Assembly: GCF_044704955.1 (NCBI RefSeq) | Contig: NC_091981.1 | Span: forward strand, 24,738,001-24,802,000 | Length of the DNA stretch: 64,000 bases | Direction: 5' to 3' | Origin: Pristiophorus japonicus | Lineage: Eukaryota | Shown: one piece after another, positions 1 through 12,392 of the stretch | Layout of the letters: each line of letters opens with the position of its first letter | Position numbering within the stretch: the stretch's first letter is position 1 | Notes under the pieces: generated by a model | Told to the model about the DNA's origin: nothing | Seen by the model: only the letters and a program-made list of their open reading frames with translations | Database searches by the model: none | Program-made: the position numbers and the translations under genes

Positions 1-455
1 TGGGATACAAAATTCCACAGATTCACGACCCTCTGAGAAAAAATTCCTCCTCATCTCTGTTTTAAATGGCGAGCCCTTATTCTGAAACTTTGCCTCCTAG
101 TTCTAGATTCCCCCATGAGGGGAAACATCCTCTCTGCATCTACCCTATTAAGCCCCCTTATAATCTTACACATTTTAATATAATCACCTCCATTTTTATA
201 AACACCAATGAGTATGGACCCAACCTGCTCAACCTTTCTTTATAAGACAACCGCTTCATCTCAGGAATCAACCTAGTAAATCTTCTCTGAACTGCCTCCA
301 ATGCAAGTACATCCCTCTTTAAAACTGTATGCAGCACTCCAGGTGTGGTCCCACCAACGCCCTGTACAGTTGTAGCAAGATCTCCCTACTTTTATTCTCC
401 ATCCGCCTTGCAATAAACGCCAACATTCCATTTGCCTTCCTAATTACTTGCTGTC
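1..455 (-). mobile_element. CR1 LINE 3' fragment (RT C-terminal region)
   Basis: Similar to the CR1 at 17206-20315. In copy B the same piece extends to a CATAAGAA-like tail at ~48480. Confidence 0.85.
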
Positions 456-456
456 G

Positions 457-1412
457 ACGTGTCTCCTATCATTTCTCCCCTCTCGGGTACTCGGCCCTCC
501 CAATTCCCTACTCCAATCCGACAGCTCACCTCCACCTTCCTACACTCATGCCACCATCAGAAGCTTGATCTTAGAGAAGACTATAGCTTCCCTCTGTGCC
601 TTGCTTGGCATTCTCTGAAGAGCCCAACAAGACACTCAATATCCTCTCCTTATGTGCAGCAACTCAAACTATCTCATCCTATTCTTTCGCCAGCCTTACT
701 GCTCAGTGCGAGAGCTGGGCACTAACCTTTCCAATTTCCATCCCGTCCCACTCACCCCGCCCAATGCTAACCCTGTGGATGATTGCTGCGACATCATGGC
801 CTTGACGGAAACCAGGCTGATGATTGAAGGCGCCTTCCCCCTAAATGAATCTTCCCTGCCTGGCTATACCTTTTATCACTGGCCTCACCCAAACAATTGC
901 TGACGCGGTGTGGCATTTATCACCAAATCACACCGTGGTTCGTCTCCGTACTCCTCTGGCACCTTCTCCTCCTTTGAACATCTCACCCTGTTCGACCTCT
1001 TTCGTATCCCATTTAAAATCCTTGTTCTCCACGTCCAGCCAAATACCAAGCCAACTTTCCCACCGCGATATCTTCACTGCCCTCCTCCCTTAACCACTGC
1101 ATTGAGTGATTTCTCATCTACAGTGATTTCAAGTACATCTCAACTCAGCATTCTCGCCCAGCTCTGAGTTCACTCCACTCCTATCCTCCCTTAATCTCTC
1201 CCTCCATATAAACTCCCTTACCCATACTCACGGCCACCCCCTCGATCTTGCGGCACCTCAGCTGTTCTCGCTGCTCCCACCGTTTCAATCACAGATCAGG
1301 CCATCTCTGATCACATCCTTGTATTGCACATCACCCACTTCCCCCTTTCCCCTCCAAACTCCCCTCAAATTCTCAGCTGTCCCTCCATTCATCACAACAT
1401 TTCTACAGCTAC
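457..1412 (+). mobile_element. Decayed L2/CR1-group LINE, endonuclease region (interrupted by an LTR element)
   Basis: APE-like peptides DDCCDIMALTETRL and LPGYTFYHWPH..GVAFITK. The sequence resumes at 4220 and is colinear with the L2 at 45859-47745. Confidence 0.75.
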
Positions 1413-4219
1413 GTGTTATGTATTGATGTGTGTATCGTCCTGGTATCTTAAATGTAATGTAAGCACAATGGTATACCACAGAGGGCACTGTGGTGGGAAA
1501 CCTGAAAGTACCTGCAACAGGCAATATAAAAGGCTGACCACCACACCTGAGCGGCACTCTGGAGCTGAACAATAAAGGACGAAGGTCACAGCAGTTAGAC
1601 TTACACCAGACTGTGTGGAGTCAGTGATTTGTGTGCTACATACACCACATTGGCGAACAAGGAAGCGAACGAACTCCACGCAACCATGGCTACTCTGGGC
1701 TCGCTAAAGGATTTTTACCGTGGGCAATGATTGGGAGGCCTTTACGGAAAGGCTCGAGTACTACTTCACAGCAAACGACCTGACGGAGGACACGGACGCA
1801 ATGAGAGATAAGCGTAAGGCGATATTGCTCTCCAGTTGTGGAGATGAGGTTTACTGTCTCGTCAGGGATTTGCTGGCACCCGGGAGCGCCAGGGACAAGT
1901 CATACGAGGAGCTGACTGAACTCATTCGTGACCAGTTGAAACCGAAGGAGAGCATCCTCACAGCCAGATACAAATTTTACCATCACTGCAGACCTGAGGG
2001 CCAGGATGTCACCAAATATGCTGCGGACCTCAGGAGACTCGCGGCGCCGTGTGATTTTGGGGCACAACTTGACGAGGCGTTACGGGACGTTTTCGTTATG
2101 GGGATTGGCCACGAGTGCCTCCTTCACAAGCTGTTAGCCACGGAACCCACAGTCACTCTGACAAAGGCCATCACCATCAGCCGGGCACATATGACCTCGA
2201 CTTGCAGCACGAAGCAAATAATCAACACAGTCTCGAACCCGGCAGGCACTGTCCACAGGATAGTGCCCACCACGGACAAAACTGCAGAACGTGGCTCTGC
2301 CCGGGGTAGAGAGCACGGACCATAGGGTCCTGGAACTCAGTGTCTGCCGAGGCGGGTAAATCAAGCAGCACCATGCTGGCGTTGTGGAGGAAGCCATGGG
2401 GCTCACCAGTGCAGGTTTGCGGAGTACACGTGCAATACCTGCCACACGAAAGGCCACCTTCAGCGTATGTGTAAAAGAAATCGGACTCACCATGTAGCTG
2501 AGGAGATGGGGGATGATCCACCATCCAGCGAAGAGCAGGCAGAAGATGATGAGGTGTTGGGACTGTACACGTGTACCGACGATTCGCCCCCAGTGATAAG
2601 GGAAGTAAAAATCAACGGAGTCCCTGTGAGTATGGAAGTGGACACGGGCTCGGGTTCATCGTTGATGAGTCGGAGAACTTTTGATAAACTGTGGATTAAC
2701 CCAGCTGCACGACCCAAGCTGGTCCCGGTCACGGCGAAGCTGCGTACCTACACCAGGGAACTAATACCTGTTCTTGGCAGAGCGATGGTGCAGGTATCCC
2801 ACGGGGACGAGACGCACGGTTTACCTTTGTGGGTCGTTGCAGGCGATGGGCCGACACTCCTCGGCCGGAGGTGGATGGGGACGGTCCGTGGGAGCTGTGA
2901 AGACTTCACCACTCCACAGGCTGCTGCTCCCCGGGGTGATGCCGTGCCCCGGGCCCCCAGAGAGCAGCGCCAACCGAGCTGGAGCTGCAGCCTCAATCGA
3001 CCCACAGGCAAGTCCCAGCCCCGGACCTCACACAGAGATCCTGCAGCCTCAGCCCCCACAGGCAAGTCCCAGCCCCGGACCTCAAGCCACAGAGATCCTG
3101 CAGCCTCAGCCCCCACAGGCAAGCAGCGCTGCAGAGAGGGGCCTAGTGGGGGGTGGGGGGGTGAGCTGGCAGGGCGCTGCGGGTGGGGTGCGAGGGATCC
3201 AGGATGGCGGATCGGAGGGGCCAATGCAGAGGGAGAGTCGGACGGCGGCAGCAGCTGGAGGTCGGCGGCCACGGCGGCCGCAGGGGAGGCCGCTACGGAG
3301 GTCACGGGGGGAGGCGGCAAGTGCGGCCGCTGAAGAGGCCACGACAGCCGCAAGTGCGGCCGCTGAAGAGGCCACGACAGCCGCAGGGGAGGCGGCTACG
3401 GTGGCCGCCGGAGAAGCGACCACGACAGCCGCAGGAGAGGCGGCAAGTCAGGTGGCAGCGGAGGGATGGTGGAGGCTGCGGCGGCGGAGGAATTCTGGAG
3501 CGGCGAAAAGCAAGATGGCGGTGGCCTCGTGTCCAGAGCAGCAGAGCATCAAAGATGTCAGCGCCCAAGGCGAAGCCTCGTGGAATCCTCCTGCATCAAA
3601 GATGGCGCCTTAAAAAGGAAATGCACCCGGGAGTCTTAAAGGGGCCTTACCATGTGGTGGTCCCCACAAAGGACTTCTGTAAGGCAGAGCGAGTCTAAAA
3701 TGAGTTATGTTAATGTGAGATGGCGGATTTATAATAAGAATTAATATTTTAATGCTGAATGGCCACTGTATTTGTGTAAAATAATGAATATGAAGCACAA
3801 TTAATGATAAGAGCTAACAAGGAAATCAGGGATCCGTTACCAGTCAATAACTAGTTTATGTACCAGATAACATGTACCATACTAACGCACTGTCTATGCC
3901 TACCTGCCTTCCGTTGGACAAATGTGATGTTATGTATTGATGTGTGTATCGTCATCCTGCGTCCTGGTGGGGGGGAAGTGTGATGTTATGTATTGATGTG
4001 TGTATTGTCCTGGTACCTTAAATGTAATGTAAGCACAATGGTACACCACAGAGGACGCTGTGGTGGGAAACCTGGAAGTACCTGCAACAGGCAATATAAA
4101 AGGCTGACCACCACACCTGAGAGGCACTCTGGAGCTGAACAATAAAGGACAAAGGTCACAGCAGTTAGATCAACACCAGACCGTGTGGAGTCAGTGATTT
4201 GTGTGCTACATACACCACA
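1413..4219 (+). mobile_element. Non-autonomous Gypsy-type LTR retrotransposon (gag + protease only)
   Basis: Direct LTRs at 1413-1649 and 3979-4219 end in CACCACA. PBS-like TGGCGA follows the 5' LTR, the PPT is GGGGGGGAAG at 3969-3978, and a CTAC target duplication is at 1409-1412 and 4220-4223. No RT, RNase H or integrase is present. Confidence 0.92.
1686..2900 (+). pseudogene. gag-protease pseudogene of the LTR element
   Basis: Contains DWEAFTERLEYYFTANDL (K02A2.6/Mag-like gag), zinc knuckles CWRCGGSH and CNTCHTKGHLQRMC, and protease motif MEVDTGS. It has a frameshift near 1712 and an in-frame stop at 2323-2325. Confidence 0.85.
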
Positions 4220-5164
4220 CTACTTATCTGCTCAATCACACCCTCACCTCCACCTTTGATGTTCTTGTCCCCATTTAAACCATTACTGCATTACTGTCTT
4301 TCACCCTGGTTATTCTTCCTGGTATGGTCCTAACCATTGCTCCATTAAGTCTAAGGGACGCAGACTTGAACTTTTATGGAGGACAAATGGTTTTGCTATT
4401 CATTGTCAGATCTGACTGCAATGCATAAAACATTATCGCACCCTTCTCTTCTCTGCCAAAAATGCTCACTTTTCCAGGATCATCCTGGATTGCAATGATA
4501 ACCCCTGGCTTCTATTTTCCATGACAAATAGTCTTCTTAAATCCCTCTCCCTGCCTCTTCCACCCTCATCTCCAGTACCAAGTGCGAGGACATCATGGAC
4601 TTCTCGGTCATGAAAATTGAGACGATCCATTCAGCCGCGTCTGCCGCTTCCGTCCCTTCACCTAGCTCACCAGGACAAACTTCACCTATGGGTTCCCACT
4701 GACCTAACCCTGAATATGCAACTTTCTCTCTATTGACTCCAATGTCTCTTCATGCCCCCACCAAGCTCACCTTGTCCTTGAGACCCAAATCCTACTCACT
4801 CGAGCCCTATTTTCACCAAGTTGATGACCACACAACTTTCTTCCTGGCCCCCATATTAGCTGATATCGTTAAATCTCCTTAGGTACTGTCCCCCACCCCT
4901 TCAAATCTGCTGTCATCACACCTCTCCTCGAAAAAAATCATCCCCAACTCCTCTGTCCTTGCAAACCATAGACCCATCTCCAAACTCCTTTGCTCTCCAA
5001 AATCCTTGATTGTGCCACCACCTCCCAAATCCATGCTGATCTTTCCCGATCTCAGCCCTCCCAATTCCCTACTTCAATCCAACAGCTCACCTCCACCTTC
5101 CTTCACTATCACAGGCTTGACTGCATCTTAGATAAGCCTACAGCTTCTCTCTGTGCCTTGCTTG
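4220..5164 (+). mobile_element. Decayed L2-type LINE (continuation), ending in a second copy of the 490-606 segment
   Basis: Colinear with 46190-47010 and includes an RT-proximal NHRPISKL-like region. 5052-5164 resembles 490-606. Confidence 0.75.
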
Positions 5165-5165
5165 T

Positions 5166-8100
5166 TGTAAAGTCCTGTCCCCTCAGTACAGATTCACACG
5201 AGTCATTTAGTGAAGCCAAGGTTTATTTCACAGTTCTGGAATGCTGCACTTGCCTGAGACCTGTCCTTATATACCTGTCTCTTGCAAGTGCACCCCTGGT
5301 GGTAAGGTATGCTGGTGGTTACAGGTCTTATCTTATTACAGTCATGTATAGCATGTTAGGATACAGTTATATATAATAATGTAAGATACATGACATCACC
5401 CTCCCCCAAGGTCTTATTGTCTTTATAGGTTCAGTCTTTCAGGTGGTCTACGCTCTCGCGTGGAGCGTCTGAGGTGTGGTTCAGTTGTTTGCCTTGGTGT
5501 CTGTTTTTCTTTGGGTGTGGTTGCTGGTATCTTGCCTGGGCTGTCTGTTTCAATTGGTGTGATTGTTGTTGACTCGCCTGGGCTGTCTGTTGGGATTGCC
5601 CTTTCCTCAGGTTGTTCCCTCTGTCTGTCCACCAGGTGTGATGTGAGTTCCACATTGTAGTCTGCCTCTGGTTCTACAGTGTTGTTGGTAAATCTGCTTT
5701 TGACTTGGTCAACATGCCTCCGGCAGGTTTGGCCATTGTCCATTTGTACTACCAGTAGCCTGCTTCTTTCCTTGCCCGTTAATGTCCCTGCAAGCCATTT
5801 GGGACCCCTGCCATAGTTTAGTACAAACACTTTGTCCCCTATCTCATTCCATCTCCTCCTCGAATTTCTGTCATGGTACTCAGTCAGCTTACGGCGCTTT
5901 GCCTCAACGATTTTGTGCATGTCTGGGTGGATTAATAAGAGCCTTGTTTTTAAAGTCCTTTTCATCAACAGTTGCGTGGGGGGAATCCCAGTCAATGAGT
6001 GCGGACGAGATCTGTATGCCAGCAGCAGTCGCGACAGGCGACCCTGCAGTGTGGGACCTTGGATTTTAATCATGCCTTGTTTAATGATTTGCACTGCTCT
6101 CTACGCCTGGCCGTTGGAGGCCGGCTTGAACGGTGCCATCTTGACGTAATTTATGCCGTGATCAATTATAAAATCTTGGAATTCTGCGCTGGTGAAGCAC
6201 GGACCATTGTCACTGACCAATATGTCAGGGATTCCGTGCGTTGCAAACATGGTTGCGAGGCTATTCTCAGTGGTGGAGATTGTGCTCGAGTTTAAAATGG
6301 TGCATTCATCCATTTTGAAAATGCATCTACAACTACGGGGAACATTTTGCCCATGAATGGGCCTGCATAGACTATGTGCACCCACGACCATGGTTTGGTA
6401 GGCCAAGGGCTCAGGGGAGCCTTCCTGGGGCATTGCTGAGTTAGGCACAAATGGTGCACCATCGGACGCAGAGCTCCAAGTCCGCGTCAATACCAGGTCA
6501 CCAGACGTGGGATCTGGCTATGGCCTTCATGAGAATGATCCCCGGGTGCTCGCGGTGGAGCTCCCGGACAAATGCCTCTCTGCCTCCCAGAGGCATGACT
6601 AATCAGCTGCCCCACATCAGGCAGTCCGCTTGTAGTAATAGCTCATGCATGCGCCTGTGAAAAGGTTTGAATTCCTCGGGGCAGGCATCGCTAGCCTCTG
6701 CCCAGTCACCGGTCAGGACACATCTTTTTACTAATGATAACGTGGGGTCGCTGGCCGTCCAGGCTCTGATTTGGCGAGCCGTCATGGGCGAACCTGTGGA
6801 CTCAAAGGCATTGATTGCCATGACTATCTCACAGGCCTGTTCGTCAGACCCTTCCGTGGTCGCCAGGGGTAGCCTGCTGAGCGCGTCGGCACATTTGTCT
6901 GTGCCTCGTCTGTGCCTTATGGTATAGTCGTAGGACGCCAGCATGAGTGCCCACCGTTGAATTCGCGCCGAGGCGTTGGCGCTTATTGCCTTGCTCTCGG
7001 ATAGGAGGGACGTGAGGGGCTTATGGTCGGTTTCTAACGCGAACTTGGCCCTGAAAAGGTATTGGTGCATCTTTTTGACACCGTACACGCACGCAAGCGC
7101 CTCCTTCTCTACCATTCCATACCCGCACTCCGCCCACGAAGTGACCTGGAGGCATAAGCTATGGGTTATAATTTGCCCGCACTATTGACATGTTGTAAAA
7201 CACACCCGACCCCATACGCTGACACATCGCATGTGAGACCTAGCTTTTTACCTGGATCAAAGAAAGTCAAAACACTGTTGGAACACAGAAGGTTGCATGC
7301 CTTATTGAAGGCGCGTTCCTGGGCGTCCCCCCAAAACCAATCGCACCCCTTCCTGAGTAGCACATGGAGAGGCTCCAGCAGCGTGCTTAAGTTCTGCATA
7401 AAGTTCCCAAAGTAATTGAGTAGCTCGAAAAAGGCGCGCATTTCTGAGACATTCCGGGGCCTGGGTGCCAGGCGAATTGCTTCTGTTTTGGACTCTGTTG
7501 GGCGGATTCCATCAGCGGCAATCCTTCTGCCCAAAAATTCAACCTCGGGTGCGAGAAACAGGCACTTGGATTTCTTAACTCGTAGGCCTACCCAATCCAA
7601 CCGCTTTAGTACTTCCTCCAAAGTACGGAGATGGGAGTCGGTGTCCCTGCCCGTGATAAGTATGTCATCTTGAAATACAACCGTCCCCGGGATGGACTTG
7701 AGCAGACTCTCCATGTTGCGCTGGAATATGGCAGCTGCCGACCTGATGCTGAATGGGCATCGATTGTACATGAAAAGGCCTCGATGTGTGTTGATGGTGG
7801 TGAGTAGCTTGGATTCCTCGGTCAATTCTTGCGTCATATACGCAGATGTGAGGTCTAATTTTGAGAAAAGTTTACCTCCAGCCAATGTGGCAAATAAGTC
7901 CTCCGCTCTGGGCAGCGGGTACTGGTCCTGTAGGGAGACTCTGTTTATGGTAGATTTGTAGTCCCCACAGATTGGTACGGATCCATCAGGCTTCATGACT
8001 GGGACGATGGGACTTGCCCAGTCGCTAAATTCCACAGGTGATATAATGCCTTCCCGCAGAAGCCTGTCTAGTTCGTGTTCAATCTTTTCCCTCATCACAT

Positions 8101-9360
8101 AGGGTACAGCTCTGGCCTTGTGATGGACCGGTCTAGCATCCTGTGTGATGTAGATTTTGACTTTGGCCCCTTTGAAAGTGCCCATACCTGGCTGAAAGAG
8201 ATGTTCAAATCACTTCATAACTGTTGAGCAGGAGGTCCGTTCCTCTAACGACATGGCATGGACATCATCCCATTTCCAGTTTAGTTTTGCCAGCCAGCTT
8301 CTCCCCAGCAGTGCTGGGGGGTCTCCGGGGACAATCCACAGGGGAAGTCGGTTCACTGTCCCTTTGTGTTTGACGGAGAGCATGGCGCTGCCGAGGACTG
8401 ATACGATTTCTTTGGTATAGGTCCTTAGCTTGGTGTCGACCCTTGTGAGTTTTGGTATGTCTCTTTTATGCGGCCACAATTGTTCAAATTGTTGAGCGCC
8501 CATGAGAGATTGACTCGATCCCGTATCCAGCTCCATGTTGACAGGTATCCCGTTGAATAGGACCCTCATCATTATAGGAGGTGTCCTGTTGTAGGAGCAG
8601 CGGCCATTGATCGTGTTGACCCGCTGTACATCGGTGTCCCGGGTACTGTCCCCACCGTCTTCTGGTCCGCTTTCCGACCCATCCGATTCGTATACCAGCC
8701 GAGCTGTCGTTTTTTTGCACATGCGGGCCAAATGCCCTGTATATTCACAGTTCCTGCAAACAGCCTGCTGAAATTGACATCCCCTTGACAAGTGCCCACC
8801 CCCACACCTCCAGCACAGACCGCTTCCATTGTTTCCAAAGAATGAGCTGCGTCTGGCTGATCTCTCTTGAGCTTCTCTCAGTTTGTAGTTGATTGCTCGC
8901 ATTGTGGGTTGATGAAGTGTGAACGGCCGTCCCTGTGGCCCTTGATGGCTTCTGGCGCCATTGCCTGCTGTCGAGGGCCTGCTCTTCCGCTTTTGTCTGT
9001 GTGTCGGGGTGGCAGCTTGTTTCATGCTGTGAACTCCTTTTTCCGATATTTCGTTAGTTGTCGTACCTGCATTGTAAATCAACCTCGTTTCTTCTTCCCC
9101 TGCCAAGAATGTCTGTGCAACCAGTGCTGCTGCCTCTAAGGTCAGGTTCTTGGTCTCTATGAGCTTTCGGAATATGCCTGCGTGGCCTATTCCTTCAATG
9201 AAAAAGTCTCTCAGCATTTCTCTCCTCAGTTTCATCGGAGAACTCACATAAACTAGCCAACCTCTGAAGTTCCGCCACAAAGTCGGGTATGCTCTGGCCC
9301 ACACAGCATCTGTAGTTGTAGAACCTGTGTCTGGCCATGTGTAAGCTGCTCGCTGGCTGA
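5166..9360 (-). mobile_element. 5'-truncated Gypsy LTR retrotransposon with decayed gag-pol
   Basis: Minus-strand domains: gag and zinc knuckle, protease MELDTGS (8210-9427), RT with FQDD (7166-8185), RNase H (EKEALA, ETDHKPL; 6603-7115) and integrase (SDNGPCF; 5423-6490). The PPT is beside a 3' LTR at ~5166-5395. No 5' LTR is present. Confidence 0.95.
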
Positions 9361-9720
9361 CCTTTGAAGCATGGCATTGGTCACCTGAGTGATGCATCTG
9401 TGGACGGCCGACTGCGAGATGCTGCAAATGTCTGCTGCAGATCCCTGGAAGGAGCCTGAGATGAAGAAGTTGAGGCCCATGGTGAATTTGACAGTCACTG
9501 GTAAGGCATGTCCACTAGGTTCTCTGGGCAACAGGTCTTGTTCCAGCAAGCTACAAATATCTGCGTTGAACTGACGTAATAGCCTGAGCCTCAGGTCGGT
9601 GAGAAGAGACTGCTGGTGTAGTTGCTGCAGCTGCTGGTGTGGCTGGTGTTGCTGGTGCTGAGACTCACCCTGGTCCAATTCTGAGGATCAAGGTGAGACA
9701 GCATAGTGGCACCCATGCTG
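9361..9720 (-). mobile_element. Harbinger/PIF transposase N-terminal fragment
   Basis: [43 protein letters not shown] is a HARBI1-like helix-turn-helix region. Confidence 0.88.
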
Positions 9721-10705
9721 ATCTAATAGATGCCAGGTAACGTGGAGATCAGAGGCACAATCCTCCAGTGTACTGAGAGTGACTAGCAATGTGGTGAGAG
9801 TAGCTTCCTAGGTTGCAGAAATGACCTGTGAACTCCTGAAAGTGAAATCTCTGAACAAAATGGTGTCAGCCAGAGCCTTCCGCTTAGGCAAGGTGTGAGT
9901 ATTTATGTGTTTTTTCCAGCTGTCACTTAATGGACTCGCACAATGGCCACCGAGCTCCCGCCTCCCCTGCACAGACGATGTCCCGAGGGGTATGAGTAGC
10001 TTATCAGCGGGTATAGCTTCTTGTGGGGTATTTTTCTGCAATGACAATTACAATAGAACTTAAATGCTGAGTTTTACAGAGTGCAATTTTTTAGCCAATC
10101 CAATTTTGCCAGTTCTCTGTCCGAAAACAAAGCAGCAAAGGTGGGGTGAAGGGTTGGAAATAAAGGATTAAAAACATATTTATTTTTGTGTTTAGATGAC
10201 CTGCTCTGTTTGAAACGTTGACCAAGATCCTTGCTTTTGAGTTTTAAGTTTCAAAAGAACTTTTATTGGAATAAAAAATAGAAAATACTGGATCATTAAA
10301 TGCAAAAGAATGGTGATTAAAGGTATGTTAGATGAACGCATTTTACTTGTTAAATCTTCTGTAACCCCACCCCCCAAAAGAAATTCAAATAAAAATATCG
10401 ATTAAATGAATACAAAATGTGGTTCAGTGATTTATTGTTTTGGAATCTGTAAAGATAGATTGATCGCTTTCTGATTTAAAAGATTGAAATCTTTTTTCCT
10501 TATTTTGTATAAAGCTCTATTTGCAATGTAGACCAAAATCCCTGCTTTTGGGTTTTTAATTCCAAAAGAATTTTGCTTTTAAAAAATAAATAGAAAATCC
10601 TGGCAATAAATAATAGTCCAGATTTACCAATTTTAGGCATAGGTATGGTGCTACAGATTTAAAAACTCTGGGCAGTTAATTAATCAGCACCTAAACACAT
10701 ATTAT

Positions 10706-11331
10706 GGGCTAGAATTTCCATAAAATCCACCACCGCCGAATTGCCGTCCAAAAAAACGCTACGATTATTAAATTAATGCTGATGAAAAATTGCACAAAAG
10801 AGGAAAAAATTCTGCCTGGCGGGAAAAATGGGACTTACATGCAGATTCTGGGTGGAAAACACAATCCTGGGCAAATTGGGCGGTTCTTTATCAAATTGGT
10901 CGTTACTTACTCAAATATAGTCCGAGGCTGCGGTTTGGGCCTAGGGAGGGGGGAAAACACAAAAAATATTTTTTCCAAAAAACCAAAAATCAGAAAACAT
11001 TCCCAGGACCCTTTTCCACTTAATCGCTGTAAAATGAATTTTAAAACAATTTAAAAAACACTTTAACTTAACTTTTTTTGCCGGGTTTCATACCAACTGC
11101 CCTGGCTGGTTTCTCGTGGGCATTTTTTTCCTACTCACCTACGGGTCACCGCTGAGACCAAACGTGAATGGTGGGGTTTTTTTCGGCGGTGCACGCTAGC
11201 GGTCCGCTCCCCAACAGTATTTCGAGACCGCCGGCGGAACTCTTTGTGGAAATTCTCGCCGGGTGGTTTCTCGGCGAAAACGAGCATTACCACCGAAAAT
11301 CCCGGTGGAAATGGTGTGGAAATTCTAGCCC
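10706..11331. mobile_element. Harbinger-type MITE
   Basis: Perfect 15-bp terminal inverted repeats GGGCTAGAATTTCCA ... TGGAAATTCTAGCCC around a non-coding interior. The same terminus type is on the transposase-bearing elements at 21349 and 36827. Confidence 0.85.
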
Positions 11332-11363
11332 AAAGACAGGTTAATTTCATCAGAATATAAAAT

Positions 11364-11998
11364 CTAACATGGGAACAGGAGTAGGCGATTCTGCCCCTCG
11401 AGCCTCTTCCACCATTCAGTTAAATCTGTATCTGAATTCCATCGAACCACCTTGGTTCCGGAACCCTTAATACCCTTGCCTAACAAAAATCTATCAATCT
11501 CACTTGTGAAGTTTTCAATTGACCGAGTCTCAACAGCTTTGTGGGGGAAGAGAGTTCCAGGTTTCGAGTACCCTTTGAGTGAAGAAGTGCTTTCTGACTT
11601 CACCCCTGAACAGCCTAGCTCTAATTTTAAGGCAATGCCCGCTTGTGGACTCTCCCACCAGAGGAAATAGTTTCTCTCTATCTACCCTATCAAATCCTTT
11701 AATCATTTTAAACACTTCAATTAGATCACCCTAAACCTTCTATATTCAAGGGAATACGTCTAGTCCATACAGCCTGTCCTCATAATTTAACCATTTAACC
11801 GCGATATAATTCAGTAAACGTGTGCGTAACCCCCTCCAAGCCAAGATATCCTTCTTGAAGTGCAGTGCCCAGAACTGAATGCAGTGTCCAGATGGGGTCT
11901 AACCAGAGCTGTAACATAATTCCCACCCCTTTATAAGTTAAAGGCTAACATTTCATGTCTTTTTAATTATTTTGTACCTGTCCAATATCTTCTAGTGA
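11364..11998 (-). mobile_element. CR1 3' fragment
   Basis: ORF piece FKMIKGFDRVDREKLFPLVGES..FFTQRV. Confidence 0.85.
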
Positions 11999-12000
11999 TA

Positions 12001-12392
12001 GGAACATAAGAAATAGGAGCAGGAGTAAGCCATTTGGCCTCTCGAGCCTGCTCCACCATTCAATAAGATCATGGCTAATCTGATCTTGGCCTCAACTCCA
12101 CTTCCCTACCTGCTTCCCATAATTCTTGACTCCCTTAACATTCAAAAATCTGTCTATCTCCACCTTAAATGAATACAATGATCCAGCATCCACCACTCTC
12201 TGGGGTAGAAAATTCCAAAGTTCACCACGCTCTGAGAGAAGAAATCCCTCCTCAATTCCGTTTTAAATGGGCAAACCCTTATTCTGTAAATATTCCCCTA
12301 AGTTCTAGATTGGCCCACGAGGGGAAACATCCTCTCTGCATCTACCCTGTCAAGGCACCTCAGAATCTTATACGTTTCAATAATTCACCCCC
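12001..12392 (-). mobile_element. CR1 3' fragment with tail
   Basis: The gaacataagaaataggagcaggagt 3' end is shared with the other CR1s. Confidence 0.85.

Noticed and set aside
10196-10322. Exon-like segment (TTTAG|...AAG|GTATGT)
   Set aside because: All three frames have stops and there is no recognisable serpin similarity.
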